32,311 nt of DNA from Thermodesulfobacteriota bacterium (GCA_036986055.1 BTQV01000001.1:1-32311); one strand, 5' to 3'; shown: positions 15,790 through 23,404, counted from the stretch's first letter. Notes: generated by a model from the letters alone, not told the origin. A program made the numbers and translations.

Positions 15790-17541
15790 TCATCCTTTTC
15801 TCACAGACATCTCGCGCCTGTAGGCGCTAAGTATATCGTGCTTAAGTATTATTCCGGAGAGTTTCTTGTAACTGTCCACCACCCTTATGACAGGCAGCAC
15901 GTCGCTGCCCGACTCGACGAATTTTCTCAGGGCCTCCTGGAGGCTCTCCGACTCATCAAGGCAGGGGACGTCCTTGACGAGGTCTTCGGCCACGACTACA
16001 TACATGAGCGCGTCCTTGTTCTTCAATATCGTTATAATCTCGCTTAAGGGGATTATCCCCCGGAACTCCCCGTTGTCGTCCACGACGGTTATGGTGCCCC
16101 TGTTCTCTTTTTCAACGGCGGTTACTATCTCGTCGATAGTCGCCGAGGGCTTGACCGACGAGGTCTCCTTGCCGAGTATCTCCTTGACCCTTATACTCTC
16201 CAGGATGTCGCGTATCATTTCCTTGTTGAGGTTTATGCCGAGCCTTACTACTTTGAGGGTGTCTATGGATTCTTTCTGGAACCACTCGGCGCCTATAGTG
16301 GTGATTGCGACGGCGAGCATAAGAGGAAGTATCATGAAGTAGTCACCCGTCAGTTCAAACAATATGAGAAAAGCCGTCATGGGCGCACGCGAGCTTCCGG
16401 CGAAAAAAGCGGCCATGCCAACGAGGGCGTAGGCGCCTGGCTCAATCACCATATGCGGGAACAGTACGGCGAGGACGCTCCCGAAGGCGCCCCCGACGAG
16501 CGCGCCGAGCACGAGCGACGGTGTGAAGAGACCGCCGGAACCGCCGCTTCCCAGCGTCAGGAATACTGCGAGGAGTTTAAGGGGTATGAGTATCAGCATG
16601 AGGCTGAAGGGAATGGTGGAGTTCAGAGCCCCCCTGATGTTCTCATATCCGATACCGAAGACCTGGGGAAAGAAAAAACCGATGAAACCGAGCAGAAGGG
16701 CCCCTATGACCGGCTTGTACAGAGCGTGGACCTTGAGCCTGTCGAAGTAGTCCTCCATGCCGTAGAAGCCCCTTATGAAGATGATGGAAAAGGGGATTAT
16801 GATTATGCCGAGGATGATGTAAAAGAGAAGTTCAACGGGACTATGGATGGCATAGGACGGAAGGGTTACGAGCCGCTCGTTGCCGAGAAATATGTCCGCA
16901 ACAACACTTGCCGACACCGAGGCCAATACGACGTTGCTTATCCTCCTCGCGGAAAAATCCCTGAAGACCACCTCGAGCGCGTAAAAGAGCCCGCCTATGG
17001 GGGCGTTGAAGGCGGCGGCTATGCCGCCGGCGGCGCCGCAGGCCACGAGGTTTTTAACCCTCTCTTCGCTCATGTGGAATAACTGCCCCAGTGCCGAGCC
17101 AATGGAGGCCCCTATCTGCACGACGGGCCCCTCCGCCCCGGCCGAGCCTCCGGAGCCTATGCAAATAGCGGATGAAATAGATTTGATGAACCCGACTATG
17201 GGCCTTATCCTGCCCCCCTTCGTCTCCATGGCGATGATGACATCGGGAATGCCGTGGCCCTTTGACTCACGGGAGAAGTAGTAGATCAGGGGACTGAAAA
17301 GGATAGCGCCTGCGACGGGGATGAGGATAATGGAAAAATGTCCGAATACATAGGAGAGATAACCCTGGATGTCGGTAAAGAAAAACTTTATAAAAAAACT
17401 TATGAGCCACCTGAAAATTACATATGCGAGCCCCACGCTCGCCCCCACAAGGACGGAAAAACCCAACATCATCGTCGCCGGAGCGGATATGGAGGACCAG
17501 TACTTTTTAAGGAACTTGCGTTTAATGATTCTCTTAAACAA
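15790..17541 (-). CDS. ClC-family chloride channel/antiporter with a C-terminal CBS pair (paralog 2)
   Basis: Motifs GHGIPDV, GSAGAEGPVVQIG, GGLFTPSL and TGDY. The CBS pair is almost identical to that of paralog 1. TTG start. Confidence 0.9.
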   Translation of the reverse strand: MFKRIIKRKFLKKYWSSISAPATMMLGFSVLVGASVGLAYVIFRWLISFFIKFFFTDIQGYLSYVFGHFSIILIPVAGAILFSPLIYYFSRESKGHGIPDVIIAMETKGGRIRPIVGFIKSISSAICIGSGGSAGAEGPVVQIGASIGSALGQLFHMSEERVKNLVACGAAGGIAAAFNAPIGGLFYALEVVFRDFSARRISNVVLASVSASVVADIFLGNERLVTLPSYAIHSPVELLFYIILGIIIIPFSIIFIRGFYGMEDYFDRLKVHALYKPVIGALLLGFIGFFFPQVFGIGYENIRGALNSTIPFSLMLILIPLKLLAVFLTLGSGGSGGLFTPSLVLGALVGGAFGSVLAVLFPHMVIEPGAYALVGMAAFFAGSSRAPMTAFLILFELTGDYFMILPLMLAVAITTIGAEWFQKESIDTLKVVRLGINLNKEMIRDILESIRVKEILGKETSSVKPSATIDEIVTAVEKENRGTITVVDDNGEFRGIIPLSEIITILKNKDALMYVVVAEDLVKDVPCLDESESLQEALRKFVESGSDVLPVIRVVDSYKKLSGIILKHDILSAYRREMSVRKG

Positions 17542-17976
17542 CCAAAAAAACTCCCATGACTCAGTCTCCTGTTCACCGTATCTTGATTATCAAGGAGTCA
17601 AATATCTGACACCGGTGCAACCGCCGATGAATCGCGGCGCCGGGAAGACGTCCATAGGCCCGGCCCGTTCTCATCCGTTAACACACGTAAGATACGGTTG
17701 GAATTATCCAGATTGATCCTGCCGACCAGCAAGGCCCGGAGCTGAGGGTAACGCCGTATAACATCCTCCCCTTTTGAGCATCAAAAAAGCCGTGACGCTT
17801 GCAGGAAAATGCCCTTGCGCTTCGCAAGTCACCTTGGAAAAGGATCAGATCCTCTTGTTTTTATAAGTGTGCTCTAAGGCTGGCAAACATCGGCAAGAAT
17901 ACCTGAAGACAACTATAACAGAAAAAGGCGGCGTGTTCAACCTTGCAGAAAAGAACATTCCGTTCTTTAAAAAATA

Positions 17977-18005
17977 TTCAAATAGGGTCCATATGGAGTT
18001 ATATT
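17977..18005 (+). promoter_or_regulatory. sigma70-type promoter candidate for the DedA-PAP2 gene
   Basis: TTCAAA (17977-17982), a 17-nt spacer, then TATATT (18000-18005), 38 nt upstream of the ATG at 18043. Confidence 0.45.
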
Positions 18006-18042
18006 CATACATGCAGGTTAACCACTCAGAGGCTTGAAGTAA

Positions 18043-19443
18043 ATGGACACATTCAGCCTGTCGTTATTCGACACACTCTTCAATACGATAACGCTCCTTG
18101 GCAACTGGGGATATCTCATCCTCTTCATGGCCGCCTTTCTGGAGAGTTCGGCCTTTGTGGGCCTTATCATTCCCGGCGAGACGACCGTGGTGCTTGCCGG
18201 GTTTCTCGCCTCACAGGGGTATCTCGACCTCGGCGACAGCATCTGGGTCATAGCCCTTGGGGCCGTACTCGGAGACAGCGTGGGGTATTCTTTCGGCAAG
18301 GCCATCGGGGGCGGGTATTTCAAGAAGCACAAGAGGCTCTTCTTCATAAAGGAAAAGCACATCGACAGGGCCACCGCGTACTTTCATCTCCACGGCGGCA
18401 AGACCATCTTCTTCGGCAGGTTCATAGGGTTCTTCCGCGCCATGGCGCCCTTTGCCGCTGGCATGCTCAAGATGGATTACCCGAGATTCCTCTTCTATAA
18501 TGTTACGGGCGGGGTCCTATGGACCGTATCCTTTACGCTGCTCGGTTATTTTTTCGGCGAGAGCTGGCACGTCATAGAGCGCTGGTCCGGAAGGACCGGG
18601 GTCTTTATACTTTTTATCATCGTAGTCTCGGCGGCTTTTTATTACGTCTACAGAAAAGCCGCGCGCAGGCAAACCGAGATTATAAGCTGGCTCAGGCAAA
18701 CCGGTGAAGGGTTTTTGCAAAGACCCCTTGTGAAGGGGTTTGTTGAGCGCCACCCCGCGATTATCTCCTTTATCATGGAGAGGCTCTCCCCGCGGGGCTA
18801 CCTCGGGCTTCACCTTACCGTGGGGATAATACTCTCGGGAGTCTTCGTCTGGGTCTTCGGCGGCATAACCGAAGACGTGCTCACAGGCGACCCCCTTGTG
18901 CTCGTTGACAGGTGGGTCCTTGACCGGGTCCTGTACTTCAGTACGCCTTTTGTGACCTCGGTGATGATGGTAATAACAGGGCTCGGCGGCAACGCGATGA
19001 TACTCGCCGTAAGCCTCGTTGCCGTCTTCGTGCTTATCGTAAAAAGACGGGGCGTGGATATCTTCGGTTATCTCTCGGCCGTAGCGGGCGGGGGCGTACT
19101 CGTCTTCATAATGAAGGCGGCCTTCAGGAGGCCGCGGCCACTTGCCGGGACCCCCGTTATTGAGCCCTGGGGGTGGGGTTTCCCCGGTCCCCACGCCATG
19201 ATGTCGGTGGTCATGTACGGCATGATAACCTACCTTGTAATCCGGGACCTCCGGTCATGGAGGCTCAGGATATTTATCTCCACGGCCTCGGCCTTCCTCG
19301 TCTTCCTAATCGGCATGAGCAGGATATACCTGCAGGAGCAATACTTGAGCGACATTCTCGCGGGTTTCGCCGGGGGGCTCTTCTGGCTCACCGTCTGCGT
19401 AACGGGTCTTGAGGTCTACAAAAAAAAGGCCGCCTCAAGCTGA
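18043..19443 (+). CDS. Bifunctional-architecture DedA (VTT/SNARE-associated) family protein fused to a PAP2 phosphatase-like domain
   Basis: The N-terminal roughly 200 aa are DedA-like (FLESSAFVGLIIPGETTVV, GRFIGFFRAMAPFAAGM). The C-terminus carries PAP2 motifs KAAFRRPRP, FPGPHAM and SRIYLQEQYLSD, where the third motif has Q in place of the consensus H. Confidence 0.85.
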   Translation: MDTFSLSLFDTLFNTITLLGNWGYLILFMAAFLESSAFVGLIIPGETTVVLAGFLASQGYLDLGDSIWVIALGAVLGDSVGYSFGKAIGGGYFKKHKRLFFIKEKHIDRATAYFHLHGGKTIFFGRFIGFFRAMAPFAAGMLKMDYPRFLFYNVTGGVLWTVSFTLLGYFFGESWHVIERWSGRTGVFILFIIVVSAAFYYVYRKAARRQTEIISWLRQTGEGFLQRPLVKGFVERHPAIISFIMERLSPRGYLGLHLTVGIILSGVFVWVFGGITEDVLTGDPLVLVDRWVLDRVLYFSTPFVTSVMMVITGLGGNAMILAVSLVAVFVLIVKRRGVDIFGYLSAVAGGGVLVFIMKAAFRRPRPLAGTPVIEPWGWGFPGPHAMMSVVMYGMITYLVIRDLRSWRLRIFISTASAFLVFLIGMSRIYLQEQYLSDILAGFAGGLFWLTVCVTGLEVYKKKAASS

Positions 19444-19457
19444 TCCTCCCGCCGCTA

Positions 19458-20384
19458 CTAATCCCTCGGCACGGCGAGCATCCTGTCAAGCGCCTCTTTG
19501 GCCTTTTCCCGTACATCCTCGTCCACAGTCACGACATTTTTCATATCCCTCAAACTCTCAACCACGTCCTCGAGGGTGGTGAGTTTCATGTTGGGGCATA
19601 TGAGCCCCTTTGAGGGGAGTACGAATTTTTTCCCGGGGTTTTCTTTCTTGAGCCTGTAGAGTATGCCCATCTCCGTGCCGATGATAATCGTCTTGGCGTC
19701 CGTCTCGCGCGCGAACTTGTACATGCCCGACGTGGAACAGACGTGGTCGGCGGCCTCGATGACCTCGGGCCTGCACTCCGGGTGGCAGACGAATACGCTC
19801 CCGGGGTTGGCTTTCCTCGCCTTCTCTACATCATTCAACGTGAGCCTTTCGTGGGTGGGACAATAGCCGTCCCACCACGCCATCTTCTTGTGCGCCTTGA
19901 GGGACACGTAGTGGGAGAGGTTCTTGTCCGGTATCATGTAGACCTCTTCGGCGTCGAGGGACTCGACGACCCTTACGGCGTTGGCCGATGTGCAGCATAT
20001 GTACGAGAGGGCCTTTACACCGGCGCTGGTGTTGACATAGGCCACCACGGGCACGCCGGGTCTCTTTTGCTTTTCCATCTCGAGAAATTCAGGCGTTATC
20101 ATATCGGCCATGGGGCACCCGGCGTCGAGCCTCGGCAGTATCACCGTCTTTTGAGGCGATAGTATGGCCGCGCTCTCGGCCATGAAGTGGACCCCGCAAA
20201 AGACTATCACCTCGGCGTCCGAATCGGCCGCCGCCTGGGACAGCGCCAGAGAGTCTCCCGTAATGTCAGCGGCCTCCTGCACCTCGTCGCGCTGGTAGTT
20301 GTGGGCGAGCATGATGGCGTTCTTTTCCTTCAAGAGCGCCCTTAACTCTTTTTTCAAAGCCGTATTTTCCCCTTCCATCGACAT
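19458..20384 (-). CDS. nadA: Quinolinate synthase
   Basis: Motifs [46 protein letters not shown] and CPNMK. 308 aa. Confidence 0.92.
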   Translation of the reverse strand: MSMEGENTALKKELRALLKEKNAIMLAHNYQRDEVQEAADITGDSLALSQAAADSDAEVIVFCGVHFMAESAAILSPQKTVILPRLDAGCPMADMITPEFLEMEKQKRPGVPVVAYVNTSAGVKALSYICCTSANAVRVVESLDAEEVYMIPDKNLSHYVSLKAHKKMAWWDGYCPTHERLTLNDVEKARKANPGSVFVCHPECRPEVIEAADHVCSTSGMYKFARETDAKTIIIGTEMGILYRLKKENPGKKFVLPSKGLICPNMKLTTLEDVVESLRDMKNVVTVDEDVREKAKEALDRMLAVPRD

Positions 20385-20394
20385 GTCCTTTCAA

Positions 20395-20422
20395 TTCAAA
20401 TCTTTTTTTGTGCTGTTATAAT
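20395..20422 (+). promoter_or_regulatory. Promoter candidate for the AMMECR1 gene in the AT-rich divergent spacer
   Basis: TTCAAA (20395-20400), 16 nt, then consensus TATAAT (20417-20422). The same AT-rich spacer probably also holds the nadA promoter. Confidence 0.4.
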
Positions 20423-20482
20423 ATGATAGTATATAAATATTAAAAAAACAAACAGGCCCGGAATTTTTCAACCCCTGAACTC

Positions 20483-21040
20483 ATGCCCCTTACAAAAGAA
20501 GAAAAAAAAATACTGCTCAGGCTCGCAAGAAGGGCCATAGAAAAAAAACTCCTCAAGGCCCCTGACCCGGCTGACGCCGTTGAGGAAGAGGCGTTAAAGA
20601 GCGGAGCCCTCAATGAACACCGCGGCCTCTTCGTAACACTCCACAACAGCGGAATGCTCCGCGGGTGTATCGGTGTTTTCACCTCCGACGAGCCGTTATA
20701 TGAAAAGGTACAGGAGATGAGCGTCTCCGCGGCCTTTATGGACCCCAGGTTCCCACCCCTTGAGGCCGGGGAATTAAAGTCCGTTGAGATTGAAATATCG
20801 GTGCTCTCCCCTTTGAGGGAGATAAAGGACGTAAACGAGATAGAGGTGGGCCGCCACGGCATCTATATAATAGACGGCTCTGCCAGGGGCGTGCTCCTGC
20901 CCCAGGTAGCGGTGGAACATGGATTTGACAGGGAGACCTTTCTGGACCAGACGTGCCTGAAGGCCGGGCTCGCTCCCGGCTGCTGGAAAAGAGGGGCAAG
21001 GATTCTGGTCTTTGAGGCCGAGATTTTTAAAGAGGACTAA
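20483..21040 (+). CDS. AMMECR1-domain protein (AmmeMemoRadiSam system protein A family)
   Basis: Hallmark LFVTLHNSGMLRGCIGVF and PRFPPL motifs. 185 aa. Confidence 0.85.
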   Translation: MPLTKEEKKILLRLARRAIEKKLLKAPDPADAVEEEALKSGALNEHRGLFVTLHNSGMLRGCIGVFTSDEPLYEKVQEMSVSAAFMDPRFPPLEAGELKSVEIEISVLSPLREIKDVNEIEVGRHGIYIIDGSARGVLLPQVAVEHGFDRETFLDQTCLKAGLAPGCWKRGARILVFEAEIFKED

Positions 21041-21086
21041 CTTAAACCCTTTCAAGGATATCAAAAGGGCCGACTTGGGCAACCGG

Positions 21087-22283
21087 TTATTCAAGAGACT
21101 CAAGCGCCTCTTTTATCCTCTTCACACCTTTGGTAATATTGTCGAGGGCTATCGCGTAAGAGAGCCTCAGGCATCTATCCTCGCCAAAGGCGATGCCCGG
21201 CACGACGGCCACGCCGGCCTCGTCGAGGAGATAGGCCGCAAGTCCTACCGAGCCGCCCATTACTCCACCCTTAAAACTCTTCTTGAAATATTCCGAGCAA
21301 TCGGGAAAGACATAGAAGGCGCCCTGGGGCTTGGGGCACTTGACGCCGTCTATGGAGTTCAAGGCCTTCACCATGGCGTCCCTTCTCAGGGAAAATTCCC
21401 TGACCATGGCCTCCACAGAGTCCTGTGGCCCCCGGAGGGCCTCGATGGCCGCCCACTGGCTTATTGAACAGGGGTTTGACGTGGACTGGCTCTGGATCCT
21501 GCCCATGGCCTTTATTATCTCAACGGGGCCGGCCGTGTACCCGATCCTCCAGCCCGTCATGGAATAAGCCTTTGAAACGCCGTTTACGATAACGGTTTTT
21601 TTGCGTACCTCTTCAGAGACAGTCGCTATGGAGGACGAAGAAAAACCGTCGTAGGTTATCTTTTCGTATATCTCGTCGGAGATAATGAGGACGTCCTTTT
21701 CAAGGGCCGTCTCAGCAAGCCCGGCGAGTTCTTCGGCCGTATAGGCGGCCCCCGTGGGGTTGGACGGGCTGTTTATTATAACGGCCCTGGTTTTCCCCGT
21801 AATGCTCGACGAAAGCTCCCCGGGCGTTATCTTGAAACCTTGCCCCTCTGCAGCGTTGACTATGACGGGCGTGCCGCCCGCGAGTTTTACCATCGCCGGG
21901 TATGAGACCCAGTAAGGGGCCGGTATCACCACCTCGTCCCCCTCGTTAAGGAGCACGTTGAAAAGGTTATACAGAGAGTGCTTGCCGCCGCAGGAGACTA
22001 TTATCTCGTCCCTTGAATAATCGAGGTTATTGTCCCTCTTGAATTTTTCTATTACGGCGTCCTTGAGCTCCGGGAGTCCCGCCACGGGTGTGTACTTTGT
22101 GCGGCCCTCGCGTATGGCCCTTATGGCGGCGTCCTTGATATTATCCGGCGTGTCGAAGTCGGGCTCGCCTGCGCCGAAACCCACGACATCGCGCCCGGCG
22201 GCCTTCAGGGCCTTTGCCCTGGCGGTAATGGCGAGCGTTACCGATTCCTCAAGACCGTCGAGCCTCCTTGAAAGCCTTATCAT
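21087..22283 (-). CDS. aspC: PLP-dependent class I aminotransferase (aspartate aminotransferase type)
   Basis: Motifs GEPDFDTP, SPSNPTG, NGVSKAYSMTGWRIGY (PLP lysine) and RLSY. The start overlaps the coaD stop (ATGA). Confidence 0.88.
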   Translation of the reverse strand: MIRLSRRLDGLEESVTLAITARAKALKAAGRDVVGFGAGEPDFDTPDNIKDAAIRAIREGRTKYTPVAGLPELKDAVIEKFKRDNNLDYSRDEIIVSCGGKHSLYNLFNVLLNEGDEVVIPAPYWVSYPAMVKLAGGTPVIVNAAEGQGFKITPGELSSSITGKTRAVIINSPSNPTGAAYTAEELAGLAETALEKDVLIISDEIYEKITYDGFSSSSIATVSEEVRKKTVIVNGVSKAYSMTGWRIGYTAGPVEIIKAMGRIQSQSTSNPCSISQWAAIEALRGPQDSVEAMVREFSLRRDAMVKALNSIDGVKCPKPQGAFYVFPDCSEYFKKSFKGGVMGGSVGLAAYLLDEAGVAVVPGIAFGEDRCLRLSYAIALDNITKGVKRIKEALESLE

Positions 22284-22792
22284 CTTTTCTTCCCCCTTCC
22301 AGCACCCTCTTTTGAAAATTTTTCCTTCAACTTCCTCGAAACACGGGGAGAGACAAAGGCCCTGGTATCTCCACCGAGCCTCGCAATCTCCTTTATGAAC
22401 CTCGAACTTATGGGGGCGTAATTTTCAGCGGTCATCATGAATACCGTCTCAATGCCCGGTGCGAGTTTCCTGTTGGTAAGGGCCATCTGGAACTCGTACT
22501 CGAAATCCGAGATAACGCGCAAGCCCCTTAAAACCGTCTTCACTTTCTTCTGCCTCGCGTAGTCTATGAGGAGGGTATTGAAACTCTCCACCTTGAGGTT
22601 CTTAAAGCTTTTCGTCTCCCTCCTGATAATGTCGAGCCTTTCGGATACGTCGAAGAGCGTCTTCTTCGACGTGGATTCGGCCACGGCCACTATGAGGGCG
22701 TCGAAGAGATTCAGCCCCCTCTGGATAATATCGAGGTGCCCCCGTGTTATGGGGTCAAAGGTGCCGGGGTATATGGCAATATGCCTGGCCAT
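22280..22792 (-). CDS. coaD: Phosphopantetheine adenylyltransferase
   Basis: N-terminal IAIYPGTFDPITRGHLDII (T/HxGH nucleotidyltransferase motif) and ISSRFIKE. Confidence 0.92.
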   Translation of the reverse strand: MARHIAIYPGTFDPITRGHLDIIQRGLNLFDALIVAVAESTSKKTLFDVSERLDIIRRETKSFKNLKVESFNTLLIDYARQKKVKTVLRGLRVISDFEYEFQMALTNRKLAPGIETVFMMTAENYAPISSRFIKEIARLGGDTRAFVSPRVSRKLKEKFSKEGAGRGKKR

Positions 22793-22846
22793 TCAAATAT
22801 CTTCCTTAAAAGTTATCCGCAAAAATCGTCCGCCTTAAAAACCCAT

Positions 22847-23404
22847 TCAGAGGCCGAAAAAATATATTAACGTCTCTCCGTATCTTCTTTCGTCAAGGAG
22901 TCTGAAACCCCGCTCTACCGGCTCAAGAGGAGCCCTCTTCGAGACCTCGGCGACTATAAGTCCGCCCGGTCTTAAAAGGCCCGCTTTCTCGATTTCGTCA
23001 AGGGTTTGTTCTGTCAGTGAAGACTTATAGGGCGGGTCTATAAAGATAAGGTCGAAGCGCGCCGAAACTTTGGCGAGAGAACGGACTGCGTCTTTCACCT
23101 CGGCCTTGATGACCCTTGCGCGGGCCGCAACTCCGAAGGCTTCGAGGTTACGCCTTATAACCGAGACAGCCCCGGCGGATTTATCCACGAAGACCGCCGA
23201 CTCAACGCCCCTGCTCAGCGCCTCGATGCCCATGGCGCCGGTGCCGGCGAAAAGGTCGAGCACGCCCTTTAACCCGCAGGGGGAAACCCTGGCGGCTATG
23301 ACGTTAAAGACCGCCTCTCTTACCCTGTCGGAAGTGGGCCTTATGCTCGTCCCCCTGAACCTGGCAAGACGCCTTCCCCTCAACTCGCCGCCTACGACCC
23401 TCAT
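22847..23404 (-). CDS. rsmD: 16S rRNA (guanine966-N2)-methyltransferase
   Basis: Motifs RPTSDRVREAVFN, DLFAGTGAMGIEALSRG and IFIDPPY. Confidence 0.88.
   Translation of the reverse strand: MRVVGGELRGRRLARFRGTSIRPTSDRVREAVFNVIAARVSPCGLKGVLDLFAGTGAMGIEALSRGVESAVFVDKSAGAVSVIRRNLEAFGVAARARVIKAEVKDAVRSLAKVSARFDLIFIDPPYKSSLTEQTLDEIEKAGLLRPGGLIVAEVSKRAPLEPVERGFRLLDERRYGETLIYFFGL

Larger units (their letters stand above)
15607..18178. repeat. Tandem duplication, copy B (truncated antiporter 5' end + ClC-2 + leader/divergent promoter + DedA 5' end)
   Basis: Collinear with 13221-15609. The joint at 15607-15609 shares a GCG microhomology with both parental sequences. Confidence 0.85.

Noticed and set aside
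13221-18178. A mobile element, composite transposon or integron cassette as the cause of the ClC duplication.
   Set aside because: No transposase, integrase, terminal inverted repeats, attC-like sites or target-site duplications are present. The joint shows only a 3-nt microhomology between the two parental genes.
21047-21069. CCCTTT-11 nt-AAAGGG hairpin between the convergent AMMECR1 and aspC genes, considered as a bidirectional terminator.
   Set aside because: The stem is short and AT/GC-mixed with 6 bp, and no U-tract lies on either side. This is not enough to annotate.
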